The position numbers were made by a program, and so were the translations under genes. The notes under the pieces were generated by a model, which saw only the letters and a program-made list of their open reading frames with translations, was not told the DNA's origin and did no database searches. Below, piece by piece: positions 54,645 to 63,998 of a stretch of DNA of 64,000 nucleotides. The stretch lies in IMG/VR virus record IMGVR_UViG_3300042392_001228, positions 1 to 64,000 of that record, one strand, 5' to 3'. This DNA comes from an uncultured virus (IMG/VR IMGVR_UViG_3300042392_001228) (taxonomy: Duplodnaviria > Heunggongvirae > Uroviricota > Caudoviricetes). Within the stretch, counting starts at the first letter, position 1. Every line of letters starts with the position of its first letter.

Positions 54645-54652
54645 CTTTACCC
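54645..54652 (-). promoter_or_regulatory. Putative late promoter GGGTAAAG
   Basis: Intergenic, 125 nt upstream of phoH. Confidence 0.55.
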
Positions 54653-54691
54653 GCTGGCCCCCCTTTTTTTGACTGAAGTGTGGCGTTCAAC

Positions 54692-54895
54692 TCACTCGTG
54701 AACCCTTTCTACGAATAGATCAAAACCGTCGGCCCCGCCACACCACCGAGAGTAGGAGTCTTCTGGGATCACATACTGGGGTCTTTTCTTAGCTTGGTCA
54801 AGGTACCTGTCTGAGGCAGGGTCTGTAATGAGACAACGAGTCCCGTGCAGCTCCTGCATTATTGCAGTGTTTTTATCCGTTGGTGAAATAGCCAT
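54692..54895 (-). CDS. Hypothetical protein
   Basis: 67 aa ORF with ATG start. Confidence 0.6.
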   Translation of the reverse strand: MAISPTDKNTAIMQELHGTRCLITDPASDRYLDQAKKRPQYVIPEDSYSRWCGGADGFDLFVERVHE

Positions 54896-54957
54896 TTTAA
54901 CTGTTGAGAAACAACAGCAACTTTTTGTGCGGTTGCGAATCGCAATCTACACCGGAA

Positions 54958-56376
54958 TTAAACAGAAGGTGGAAGCAGTTCCATGAAGCTAACCAAAATA
55001 GCATCCATTATATCTGAGTACGATCCAATGCACTCCCAACTTTTAAACAACACGTTGTGTATATATGGGTTGGATGCTACTTTCCCCGACTTTACCATTA
55101 GATTGGTCGCAAGTTCCTTAGCCACCACTCTCTCCTTGCTCACTCGAACAGGTAAACCTAGCTTCTCTAGGTGCTGTCTCCAGTGCTCACTCACCATGGA
55201 CGACTCGATAACAACTTCTGTAACACCGTAGGCTTTAGCGGCTAGAGAAACAATTACGCCAACAGTCTCCAAGTTCCAATTCGCCTGGTACGCGTCGAGA
55301 ACGTACACACAGTCCTTTTCCTTCGTGGATCCAGCCACACAAATCCCAGTCATATCCGCGTTGCCTGGCGAGCAAGAGGGGTCAATAGAGATAATGACCT
55401 TATCTAGAGGGGGTACCTCGGAGCAGACTCCGAACCCAGTGGAGAGCACCCCTTTGTACAACCACGAGAACTTTACATCCCCCATTGTTTTCCGCAAGTC
55501 CTGTAGATTCTTTGGGCTAAATGTGGTGTTAGCATCATTGATGCTCTGTCCAGGTTTCCTGCCGAGGATGTCAGCCTTGGCTTCTTCTTCGCTCTCAATG
55601 ATGGCGGACAAGTTAATGTGAACGGCTCCTTTCGGATTTGAGACTGGGTCAAAGACTCCGTACTTTTCCAGAAAGTAGCTGAAAATGTCTCCCTCGCCTA
55701 ATCGAGACCCGAGAACGACTGTGGCACTCTTGCCTACGCAATGGTCTTCTATTTCGCGTATCTGTTTCTTGTTGACACTTCCGTCCGACACGCCGTTGTG
55801 GCAGTCATCGATTAGCCATACGCCTGGCGTTTCGTATAAGCTACCGTAATAGCCCCGCAACACATACCCCCCAAAGGAGACTGGTAAAACATGAAACGAT
55901 GCAAGCGGGGGAACCACAGAGGAGTACGTCCGGAACGGGGAGGACTGAACCATATGCTTAGTCTTGTGAACTACCGACGCGGCAAGATCCTGTGTGTACG
56001 AGGTTACAAAGTGGCTAGCCATGGGGTCTTTGCTAAGCAGCCAGGACAGCAAGTGAACCCCTAGAGTGGTTTTCCCTGTGCGCGGTGGCATCGACACGAG
56101 GAGAACCGGGTACCTTCCCTCGGCAATATCCTCAAATGCGGAACCCACCACTTCGTACGCCTTTGCGTCGAGCGGCGCACTTTCGAGTGAGAAGCCTCCT
56201 GCATCGGAAACAAGATCGCAGAAAGCAAGAAAGCTACTTTTCGCACTTTCCTTGGCGAACGCTTCTCGAGGTAACCCTTCAAGTTTCAGCTCAAGGAGTT
56301 TTCTTTGGTAGCTCCTCCAGCTTGAGTGCTCCGCTAATTGGGAAGCGTGCGTTAATTTTTGGTGTTTAAGTGACAT
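54958..56376 (-). CDS. Divergent paralog of terminase large subunit
   Basis: MPPRTGKT, LIDD, ISIDPS, ADMTGICVAG, VIE, DIMDA; collinear with 56410..58200. Confidence 0.85.
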   Translation of the reverse strand: MSLKHQKLTHASQLAEHSSWRSYQRKLLELKLEGLPREAFAKESAKSSFLAFCDLVSDAGGFSLESAPLDAKAYEVVGSAFEDIAEGRYPVLLVSMPPRTGKTTLGVHLLSWLLSKDPMASHFVTSYTQDLAASVVHKTKHMVQSSPFRTYSSVVPPLASFHVLPVSFGGYVLRGYYGSLYETPGVWLIDDCHNGVSDGSVNKKQIREIEDHCVGKSATVVLGSRLGEGDIFSYFLEKYGVFDPVSNPKGAVHINLSAIIESEEEAKADILGRKPGQSINDANTTFSPKNLQDLRKTMGDVKFSWLYKGVLSTGFGVCSEVPPLDKVIISIDPSCSPGNADMTGICVAGSTKEKDCVYVLDAYQANWNLETVGVIVSLAAKAYGVTEVVIESSMVSEHWRQHLEKLGLPVRVSKERVVAKELATNLMVKSGKVASNPYIHNVLFKSWECIGSYSDIMDAILVSFMELLPPSV

Positions 56377-56409
56377 CCTGTGGTTGTGTTTGTGTTGTCT
56401 TGTATAGAG

Positions 56410-58200
56410 TTAATTAAAAAGGTCGTAGCCGGATCCACTTCGAAGACCCCGGCTGCGGCCACCTCGGAAAATACCCCTATCAGGTACCTCGGCAGACTGA
56501 GGATCAGGGTCGTTGAAGCCCATACTGCGGGGAGCTCTTCGGCCCCCGACCGAAACACTTCGCTCTTCGAAAAGCCCACCGTAAGAGTGACCATCCCGAA
56601 ACATTGGTCTGCGTAGGGCACCAGCCCATTTTCGACTCTGAATGATCGAGTCTTGTATACCCCGGTCAACGGAGTCAATTTTGAGCGAGTAATAAGTTAG
56701 CGCCCATACCATGGCGTCAGTACTATCGTCGTGTCGAACGTACGGGAAAGACGTTAGTTCTTTTATGAAAGCATCGGTCCATAGGCCCCGCACCAGTATA
56801 ACGCGGTGGTTTTCGAGTAAAGGGCAGACTGCCTGGAGGCGAGTCGTTTTTGACTTCAGCGGCCTCATTTCCTCGATAGGTATCTTAGCCTCTCGCTTCA
56901 GCATTTGAATGAGGGAGTGCCCTGATGCAGCTTTCTCAATGCATAGAACTTTTGCGCTGTACAAAGCGTAATGCTGCTTTACCGATTCAATTAAGTCGGG
57001 AAAACCCCACTTTCCTTTAACAATCTCACGAATGTATACAACGTCGGGGTTACGTGTGTTTACACCAGCGACGCATATTGCGCTCTCATCAGCTTTCTCT
57101 CGCTCGGAGAAAGCGCAGTCAACTCCAAACCATACAACGTCCAAGGGGGGGCAGTCTTTCTCCTCTATAACCTTAACCCAGCTACTCTTTACAATCTGCC
57201 CCTCAGCCGATACAGGAACCCCTTGGTAAAGAGCTGCGAACTTAAAGCTACCCATTATCTTTTTCTGGGACTCAAGCATCGGAACAGAGAAAGCGGGGTT
57301 GTCGGGCCAGTGGCTCTCTCCCATCTCTCTCCCCAAGGGGTCATTATCGGGGTCCTCACAGAGCCCTGCAATGTTTATCCACCTCCATCCGAAATCCCCG
57401 TCATCAGCTACCCAGTCTACTCCGTTCCCGTCTAGGTCTAGAAAACCGTCCCCGTCCATTAAGACCCCGTGAAGGTCTTTTTCGTGGAAGCGAGTCGCGA
57501 TCACCATTTGGCAAAAGTGGTTGGTTCTTCGGGTAGACGCCTGCTCCTGCCACCATGACTCAAGGTTGTCTAGCGCCTGCTTCGAGTCCGATGATTTTAA
57601 AGGGTCGTCTATCACCATTGCCCCCACGCCAGGGCTCTCCATGTCCGTTGTACCCGCTGTAAAGCCAGTTAGGACTCCACCCACAGACGTTGCAAGGATG
57701 TACCCCCCGCCAATCATATCGTATTTCGAGTCCGGGCTGAACCCCATCCACTCGGGGAATATTCTTTTAAACTCCTTTGACTTCAGCATCTGGACAGTTT
57801 CCCTGTGGAACTTGAAAGACAGCGAAGCTCCGTAAGAAGCTATAACATGCTGTGTCTTTTGGTCCCTGCCCAGCAACCATGCCAAGAACATAGTCGCCAG
57901 CATCGACTTCCCTGAGCGAGGGGGGCAAGAAACGATTAGTCTCTTGTACCTCCTATTTGCCAGGTCCTCAAAGCCAGATCCTATAATCTCGTGAAACTCG
58001 GACACGTTAAGGTCGCCTGCCTTCATTATATCGCAGAAGGCAAGAAAGCATTCTCGAGCAGCCTGATAGCGGTACTCAGAAACCACCGAGCGCGGTGCCT
58101 CAAGAAGGACGAGCTCCCTTAAGCCCCTTTGGTAGTCTCGCCAAGACGAGTACTCGTCAAGTTGAGACACGTGCGTTATTACGGGTCGGTTATAGCTCAT
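56410..58200 (-). CDS. terL: Terminase large subunit
   Basis: CPPRSGKS, VIDDP, TRFH..DL, ALYQG.P, GVDCA, IEKA.SG, FP..RHDDSTDA. Confidence 0.95.
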   Translation of the reverse strand: MSYNRPVITHVSQLDEYSSWRDYQRGLRELVLLEAPRSVVSEYRYQAARECFLAFCDIMKAGDLNVSEFHEIIGSGFEDLANRRYKRLIVSCPPRSGKSMLATMFLAWLLGRDQKTQHVIASYGASLSFKFHRETVQMLKSKEFKRIFPEWMGFSPDSKYDMIGGGYILATSVGGVLTGFTAGTTDMESPGVGAMVIDDPLKSSDSKQALDNLESWWQEQASTRRTNHFCQMVIATRFHEKDLHGVLMDGDGFLDLDGNGVDWVADDGDFGWRWINIAGLCEDPDNDPLGREMGESHWPDNPAFSVPMLESQKKIMGSFKFAALYQGVPVSAEGQIVKSSWVKVIEEKDCPPLDVVWFGVDCAFSEREKADESAICVAGVNTRNPDVVYIREIVKGKWGFPDLIESVKQHYALYSAKVLCIEKAASGHSLIQMLKREAKIPIEEMRPLKSKTTRLQAVCPLLENHRVILVRGLWTDAFIKELTSFPYVRHDDSTDAMVWALTYYSLKIDSVDRGIQDSIIQSRKWAGALRRPMFRDGHSYGGLFEERSVSVGGRRAPRSMGFNDPDPQSAEVPDRGIFRGGRSRGLRSGSGYDLFN

Positions 58201-58490
58201 TCTTTTTGACTTTTAGGCTTTAGCTTGTTTAGTAACTTTTCAACGGTCGGTCCGTACTCTTTGGCTAGATCTTGTTCCCCCTTACTCTCTGTTTCGGTCA
58301 AACTCACAATATCCGACACAATCTCGCGGTGCGCTTTCACAGCCGAGTTAAACACAGTCACAAGATCTCGAGTGCTGCACTCCTCCAAGTGGTCTTGAAG
58401 TAGCTCAAGAGCGTCTTCAGCAACCTGCAATGCTGCTGCGGCAAGGGTCTCTTTCTGCCTCAGGATTTTGTCGTTCGAAGTTGTTGTCAT
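58197..58490 (-). CDS. Possible terminase small subunit
   Basis: Small helical protein ATGA-coupled directly upstream of terL; position only. Confidence 0.45.
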   Translation of the reverse strand: MTTTSNDKILRQKETLAAAALQVAEDALELLQDHLEECSTRDLVTVFNSAVKAHREIVSDIVSLTETESKGEQDLAKEYGPTVEKLLNKLKPKSQKE

Positions 58491-58639
58491 AGTGTTTTTC
58501 TGCATCGTGAGCACCCCGTATTTGAAGTGGGATAACTCCGGAAGTTTTGCAATTGTTTAAGGATGGCCTGCGCCAAGGCCGAATTGTTGGACTTAACAGC
58601 AACGTCATACTGTGCCCAGAGCTGTGCGGGAGTTGCCAT
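58487..58639 (-). CDS. Small hypothetical protein with C-terminal CxxC
   Basis: ATG 58639 MATPAQLW..GCSRC; tiles between neighbours. Confidence 0.55.
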   Translation of the reverse strand: MATPAQLWAQYDVAVKSNNSALAQAILKQLQNFRSYPTSNTGCSRCRKTL

Positions 58640-58641
58640 AC

Positions 58642-59865
58642 TTAACAGAGACTCGGAGGAGTTGGTCCGCCTTCGCAAGGAATGCAGCCGAGCTTCCACA
58701 AGGAATTAATCGACGCAAGCTCGAAGGAATCTTGTATCAACCAACCTTTACCCTGCGGAGACTGGGCTACAAAGTAGAACCGTCCCTGCGGTGTTTGAAT
58801 AAACGTGTCGGGTTTCACCCCGACGAGTGTTCCGCCCATCAAAGTTTGCGTCTTGCCGTTCGGATCTAGGGGGTCTGAGTACAGGGTTCGGTTCGCCCCT
58901 CTCACAATTGCGAACTCCCCGTAGGTGAGTCCCGACGACCACGACGCATCCTTCACACTTAGCGGGTCTATTCCCCCCTTGGCTGCGCCAGAAACCGTAT
59001 TCCTCCAAAGATCCACAGCGTAACGAGCAAGCTTTTTCCCGGAGTTAACGTAGAAAACTTCCTTTATGGGCTGCTTTGTTGTGGCGTTCCAAATTGTTAC
59101 AACCAAGCGACCGTCCGCCGTGAAATTCTTATTACTTAGCAAGTAGATCGGCTGACTTAAAGGATCTTCGAGGAATACTTCACTCGGGCTGCGAACATAG
59201 ACCCAATCCCCTGACTGCGTGAGTTCTTCACTCCACTGCACTCCGAGTGCATCTGTGAGTGCGGCATCTAGGGGGTTCGTCTCAGGGTACCATGGCACAT
59301 AAATACACCCCGTTGCTTCATCGAGAACACCGGCTAAGGGTAAAGAAGTCAGGACATTTCGAGTGGGGAAAATTTGGCGGCAGTCACCACGTTGAACACA
59401 GGGGTCGAGTGCGATATACGGCAGGGTTTCCTCGATAGTTACGGACCAGTTTTGAGTGTAGGTGTACTGGGACTCCGGGCTTAAGCCTGTGAACTGGGAC
59501 GTAGAGCATCGAAAAGGTTCCAAAACTTGCACGTAAGCACCCGAAGGGGCACTCCCCGACAGTGTGATTTTTGCGCCCATGAGGAGTTGCGTGGCAAAGT
59601 CGTGTCCGGAACTCGTCAGGTAGTTTTGGCACGAAAAGTTAAGCTCAAAATTGAGAGTGTCTTCGTATATGAAGGGTACTCGGTTCTTAACATTGCTTGT
59701 TGAACTTTCGTATCGGACAACGATGTTGTTGGTCTGAGTTACAACGCCTTCGTTCTCCACTGCGTCAGCCAAACGCAAAACATTAACTCCAATTGGTATG
59801 AGGGGGGATGCAATAAGAGAGTCGCAGAGGAATTGCTCTATTTTCGTTATTGTATTCAGTTCCAT
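58642..59865 (-). CDS. Putative neck / tail-completion protein with C-terminal extension
   Basis: Follows the gp36-like gene; N-terminal pattern reminiscent of Mu gp37-like proteins. Confidence 0.45.
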   Translation of the reverse strand: MELNTITKIEQFLCDSLIASPLIPIGVNVLRLADAVENEGVVTQTNNIVVRYESSTSNVKNRVPFIYEDTLNFELNFSCQNYLTSSGHDFATQLLMGAKITLSGSAPSGAYVQVLEPFRCSTSQFTGLSPESQYTYTQNWSVTIEETLPYIALDPCVQRGDCRQIFPTRNVLTSLPLAGVLDEATGCIYVPWYPETNPLDAALTDALGVQWSEELTQSGDWVYVRSPSEVFLEDPLSQPIYLLSNKNFTADGRLVVTIWNATTKQPIKEVFYVNSGKKLARYAVDLWRNTVSGAAKGGIDPLSVKDASWSSGLTYGEFAIVRGANRTLYSDPLDPNGKTQTLMGGTLVGVKPDTFIQTPQGRFYFVAQSPQGKGWLIQDSFELASINSLWKLGCIPCEGGPTPPSLC

Positions 59866-59877
59866 TTAGGTTAGGAC

Positions 59878-60957
59878 TTAAGGGTAGATCGTATCAGAGC
59901 CGTTAACGCGATAGCCGCCTGCGTCGTTCGGCTCTGTAATTTGTGGAGTCCCACCTAAGTCTTCGTAGTTTCGTGCTGAGATCCAGTTAGTTTCAGAGTT
60001 GTTTTGCCCCGTTGCCCCGAAACCAGCACGAAAGTCCGGAGCCTGATCCCCCGCCATGTCTGTATTCCACCCTCCGAAACCTTTTCCCGAAACCCCGTTG
60101 TACCGCTGCGGGACACGCCAGGAGCGCATGATTCCTGCCTTGGTGTCAATAGCTGAGTCACCGTGGCCCGCACGAACCGAAGTCATTTCTCGTTCAGCGT
60201 CGAGTTGTTTTAGTGCTTCGGTGTAATCCTTGAAAACATCCTCTCTTCGCCGAACATTATCCAGGTAGTATCGGGCTATGATAAGTGCTGTTCGGCGGCG
60301 GTTGCTCGTAATTAGGACCTTTCCCGCTTTCCCTGACTGCTCAATGTATGAGTCTATGAGAGCGTTTGCATCCTCGATTGCCATTCGCATCTTGGCAACA
60401 TTCACCGAGTTTGCGCTCGCGTCGTCAATGTTTGTAAGTTGTATGGCTTCCTTGAGTCCGTACGCGATAATGAAGTCGTCGGGCGACGCACTTCGTGGGT
60501 CGGACCTGTTTGGCGTTAAAACACCTGAGCGATCTTGATGCGGATAGCCGTAACCGCCAATAGTCTGCCCAAGGTTGGAACCCTTGCGAGAGCTTTCCGT
60601 TTGTTCGCTCGGTGTGAGCGTGTTTCGGACCGAAACTCGGTAAAAGCCTCGTACTGCGTTTCTTTTCTTTACAACATCACTAGCTGTGGAGGGAACTGGC
60701 CCCCTCATGCAAGAGGCTAAGGCGACGGGGGGCTCATAGGAAACAAATACCTCGTCCCACGCAGACAAGCAGCTGTCTAGCCCAAGGGATACCATTGTGT
60801 CCGAGGAGTACACGAATGTCTCTACTCCGTACTGACCGTAGTTCACAGTGAAGGAGCTTATGGGAACACTGACCCGAGTGTCAAGTGGGCTATCGAAGTA
60901 CAGAACAACTGTACTCGGCGCTGAAAGTATGGCCTCCTTTATCTGCGGTACTGACAT
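59878..60957 (-). CDS. Head-tail connector (Mu gp36/DUF1320-like) with N-terminal beta-sandwich
   Basis: YGLKEAIQLT..AIEDANALIDSYI..IARYYL..Y.EALK.L. Confidence 0.75.
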   Translation of the reverse strand: MSVPQIKEAILSAPSTVVLYFDSPLDTRVSVPISSFTVNYGQYGVETFVYSSDTMVSLGLDSCLSAWDEVFVSYEPPVALASCMRGPVPSTASDVVKKRNAVRGFYRVSVRNTLTPSEQTESSRKGSNLGQTIGGYGYPHQDRSGVLTPNRSDPRSASPDDFIIAYGLKEAIQLTNIDDASANSVNVAKMRMAIEDANALIDSYIEQSGKAGKVLITSNRRRTALIIARYYLDNVRRREDVFKDYTEALKQLDAEREMTSVRAGHGDSAIDTKAGIMRSWRVPQRYNGVSGKGFGGWNTDMAGDQAPDFRAGFGATGQNNSETNWISARNYEDLGGTPQITEPNDAGGYRVNGSDTIYP

Positions 60958-60979
60958 TCGGCTCTTTCCTTGTACAAGG

Positions 60980-60987
60980 TTTTACCC
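60980..60987 (-). promoter_or_regulatory. Putative late promoter GGGTAAAA
   Basis: 22 nt upstream of ATG 60957. Confidence 0.75.
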
Positions 60988-61025
60988 TGCTGCCTAAGGA
61001 AAGTCGGAGCCCCACGAAAGCTACC

Positions 61026-61637
61026 TCACATCAGTTTGTCCCTACCCATTGACATTTTGTAAGGTTTGCTGCCATGCCTTGTATCTCCCCCCTCTAAGCG
61101 TATACTATTTCCGGACCGTGTCGCCGACCAATGGGTGCCACTTTCGTCCTCAAATTTGAACCTTTCCCCCTCCTTTAACTTTCCAAGGGCAGTTTGGTGC
61201 TCGGGGTGTAGAACAGCCTTGAACTCAGACCCCTTACTGACCACTACCCTGTCACCCTGCTTTCTTACGGAAGTTTCCGAACCTTCGGCTGCGAGTCTTT
61301 TGAGAGTGGCTTGGGCAGCCATGTCTCTTTCTACCTTGGTTCGCCTGGCGGGAGAAGTCGCCTTTACCGGTTTAGCTTCTTCAGTTCCTTTTCTGCACTG
61401 CCCCGCTGTTCCGTACGCTTCACCGGACGGTTTTACGCAGCGTGTGAATTCGTACGAATTAATCAGGGTATTTACAGCCTCTTCAATGAATGGGTATTTG
61501 TTCCCGTAATTTTCAGAGAAGGAGAAACCTTCGGATGCTAACGCATCCGCTTCATTGCGGAGTTCTAAAGCCTCTCCAAGGTTACCTTTTAGTGCTTCAG
61601 AAAGGGCTTCGAGGTAACAGTGGTCGAGTTTATTCAT
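61026..61637 (-). CDS. Effector-family protein (type 2 leader)
   Basis: ..GFSFSEN..SYEFTRCVKPSGEAYGTAGQCRKG; alternative GTG start at 61673. Confidence 0.85.
   Translation of the reverse strand: MNKLDHCYLEALSEALKGNLGEALELRNEADALASEGFSFSENYGNKYPFIEEAVNTLINSYEFTRCVKPSGEAYGTAGQCRKGTEEAKPVKATSPARRTKVERDMAAQATLKRLAAEGSETSVRKQGDRVVVSKGSEFKAVLHPEHQTALGKLKEGERFKFEDESGTHWSATRSGNSIRLEGGDTRHGSKPYKMSMGRDKLM
61464..61637. repeat. 174 bp coding repeat, copy 2
   Basis: Matches 47856..48029. Confidence 0.9.
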
Positions 61638-61685
61638 GTCTGATGTTGTGAAAATTTCAGGGAGTGTTTTCACCCCGTCTTTTTA

Positions 61686-61693
61686 TTTTACCC
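61686..61693 (-). promoter_or_regulatory. Putative late promoter GGGTAAAA
   Basis: 48 nt upstream of ATG 61637. Confidence 0.7.
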
Positions 61694-61715
61694 TTTGCGG
61701 ACCAGGTCTAGGTAG

Positions 61716-62126
61716 TCAACGCAGCAGGAAATCTTTCGGATCGTTTGACACGGGAAAGAGATTCTCGGACACCCAGAACGAGTAGACATCCTTATGGACT
61801 CGTACCGAGTACCCTCGAGCTGCGGAGTACAGACAATTTGCAAGGAACTGAAAGGCCAGTCGAAGAGGCCACTCATCTCTCCAGTTGACTTCCCAACTGT
61901 CAATCGTGAGCAACTTACCGCTCACTGTGTAGTCTATTCGGGATACTATGCTCCCTCCCCTTAAACCTGGTGCGGGGTAATCGAAAGTTTGAGCAACGGA
62001 CTCGTAGGGCTCCCCATCATACTTTCCTAGGACATACCGCAGCTCACTTGCCCCGTCCTGAAAGTACAAGAAGTCCTGAAAGATAAATCCCCCTTGGCGA
62101 TAGACAGAAGGACGACGTACTGCCAT
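61716..62126 (-). CDS. Hypothetical protein
   Basis: ATG 62126 (TAATG-coupled) MAVRRPSV... Confidence 0.65.
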   Translation of the reverse strand: MAVRRPSVYRQGGFIFQDFLYFQDGASELRYVLGKYDGEPYESVAQTFDYPAPGLRGGSIVSRIDYTVSGKLLTIDSWEVNWRDEWPLRLAFQFLANCLYSAARGYSVRVHKDVYSFWVSENLFPVSNDPKDFLLR

Positions 62127-62497
62127 TAGACCCTCACCAATGCATGAAAAGTTCCATTTCTCCCCACAATTACCCGGTCTCGGTACTCCTTTCCGTCCAC
62201 AATGAGTCGGTCCGTGTTGGTTATCGCCTCGACTCTCAGGTCCTGTTCGCAAGTTACCGGCTCAAGAAAAGTTGTGGGTACCGCAACAAAGAATCTTTCC
62301 TGACTCAGGAAGCTTTTCCCGATGGAGAAAGAAACGTGGGCACTTACAGAGTTGGCCGCGTAAATAGAGTCATACACGCAAAGGTTCTCAACGACTCCGA
62401 GGGATTTGTAGAACACTGGCGCTAAAGGGTTTGTAGCACTCTGGCCGAACCCTGGAGAGTTGACAAAGCCTGGGTCGTAATCCTCGGTGAAAGTCAT
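62126..62497 (-). CDS. Hypothetical baseplate-region protein
   Basis: ATGA-coupled to the spike gene. Confidence 0.6.
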   Translation of the reverse strand: MTFTEDYDPGFVNSPGFGQSATNPLAPVFYKSLGVVENLCVYDSIYAANSVSAHVSFSIGKSFLSQERFFVAVPTTFLEPVTCEQDLRVEAITNTDRLIVDGKEYRDRVIVGRNGTFHALVRV

Positions 62498-63690
62498 TTG
62501 AATGGGTTTGGTAAGGAGGGTAGCTTAGAGAAAACAGTTTTTATTGTTGCCGCAGGGTTCTGAAGCGTCGAGATGACAAACTTGGTTGCCCCAGGAACAT
62601 AGGAAGGCAGCGACTTCTCTGCTGCTTTTTTCACAAAGTCGGTGGGGTCTGCTATGACTTTTCTAAGAACTTCTGAGAAGTTTAGAACTTTTTGTGCTTG
62701 CTGAATCGCTGTCTTCGTAAAATTCGACCCTGGGACACTCTCGACTGCAGCAAGAATTTCAGGGTTGTAGGTGGTTATGAACGACCCGGTAATATTATCG
62801 ATAAACCCAGAATTTCGTGCAAAGCTAAGGGCAGTGTCTTGGCTGAACAAAGGCCCTTCCACAAACTTGAACGCTTGTATCGTGCTCATCGGGGGCGGTG
62901 CCCACGCTGCAGCAGACCCCCAAGGATTACCGGCAGGGGCAGTAGAGTACCCGGTTCGCCCCTCTTTTTTCATTTCCTGATGACTTGTAACAAAGACGTG
63001 GTCGTATGTTGCAGCCATTTGTCCAGGGCTGAGACGATTTCCAGCAGAGTCAACCTGCGATGTAACATCGTTTCCGCCTGCGTGCCCGTGCGCCAAATCT
63101 GCGTGCCTTACCCATATGTACTGTCCGTCTCTCTTCAGACAAATACACACCCAATCTGAGTTCATTGGACCATTTTCTTCAACAACAGTGCAGCCGTGGT
63201 TCTCCTTGCATGCCGGGGGCAGACCGCCAGCTTCGTATATCGGCAGCCGAGTCATTGTGCTGTTGCTCGGAATCTGTAGAGCTTGCTGAGAGCCGTCGGT
63301 TAAATTCTGAGGGTCGTACAGTACGTCTTGCAAAACTGCATAGTGGTACTCCCCGTTGCTCAGAGAAATATTCACTCTCTTTCCTTCGAGGGACTTCGGC
63401 TGCTTTCCCTTGAAAGCCGGGGAAACATCGAGCCAGTGTGACAAGTTGCTTGACTCTCCTGGCCTCGGTAGAGAAAACTCTCCAGCACCTTCGACTGACG
63501 GAATGTCCTGAGGGTTCATGGCGTCGAACAGAACCTTGACTCTCCCTAAGTCTTCAGGGTCTTCAACACTAATTATGGTCCCACGAACAGTTCCCCTGGG
63601 TGACCCGGTGTACCTCGCGTTGGCTTCGATGGCTTTCGCCATCTCGGCCTGTTGTCGAATCCATGGAATGTTTCTCAGGCTTTGGGCCAT
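62494..63690 (-). CDS. Baseplate spike / gp5-gpV-like protein (N-terminal OB fold)
   Basis: RGTIISVEDPEDLGRVKVLF..SHW; later H..L.HGH. Confidence 0.7.
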   Translation of the reverse strand: MAQSLRNIPWIRQQAEMAKAIEANARYTGSPRGTVRGTIISVEDPEDLGRVKVLFDAMNPQDIPSVEGAGEFSLPRPGESSNLSHWLDVSPAFKGKQPKSLEGKRVNISLSNGEYHYAVLQDVLYDPQNLTDGSQQALQIPSNSTMTRLPIYEAGGLPPACKENHGCTVVEENGPMNSDWVCICLKRDGQYIWVRHADLAHGHAGGNDVTSQVDSAGNRLSPGQMAATYDHVFVTSHQEMKKEGRTGYSTAPAGNPWGSAAAWAPPPMSTIQAFKFVEGPLFSQDTALSFARNSGFIDNITGSFITTYNPEILAAVESVPGSNFTKTAIQQAQKVLNFSEVLRKVIADPTDFVKKAAEKSLPSYVPGATKFVISTLQNPAATIKTVFSKLPSLPNPFK

Positions 63691-63693
63691 AGT

Positions 63694-63969
63694 TTACCGT
63701 ATCTTGAGGGAAAACTTCGGAGTGTTTTTTGACGGTAGTCGCTTAGCGAGTGCGGGTGGTCGTAGTGCCGCCTCTGCTTCTTTCACAGGGGGCACCTCAG
63801 AGCTTGCTTCAGGGTGGCCCTCCTGAGGGATTTCCTGGTGAGGCTCCAGGTGAGACTCGCCTAGTTCCTCGATAGGGTGTTCAGGTGCAGATGTGGCGGT
63901 GGGTGTTTCCTCGGTGTGATCTAGGGGAACTGTTTCTGTGTCGGGTGCACTTTTTCTTCGTGTGGTCAT
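63694..63969 (-). CDS. Hypothetical Pro/Glu-rich protein
   Basis: 91 aa ORF with late motif upstream. Confidence 0.65.
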   Translation of the reverse strand: MTTRRKSAPDTETVPLDHTEETPTATSAPEHPIEELGESHLEPHQEIPQEGHPEASSEVPPVKEAEAALRPPALAKRLPSKNTPKFSLKIR

Positions 63970-63990
63970 TTCGGTAAGGTGGCTAAGAGT

Positions 63991-63998
63991 TTTTACCC
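63991..63998 (-). promoter_or_regulatory. Putative late promoter GGGTAAAA
   Basis: 21 nt upstream of ATG 63969. Confidence 0.75.

Noticed and set aside
9919..58200. Introns, inteins or stop-codon recoding in nrdA, nrdB, thyX or terL
   Set aside because: All are continuous and of ordinary length in the standard code, with no intein termini seen.
47856..61637. Paired repeats as a DGR template/variable region
   Set aside because: Differences are mostly synonymous and not adenine-specific, the repeats are N-terminal, and no reverse transcriptase is present in the window.
144..63826. Numerous plus-strand and nested ORFs in the track (e.g. 1883..2482, 8512..9183, 35420..36034)
   Set aside because: They are antisense or frame shadows of well-supported minus-strand genes; only 32215..32973 is credible on the plus strand.
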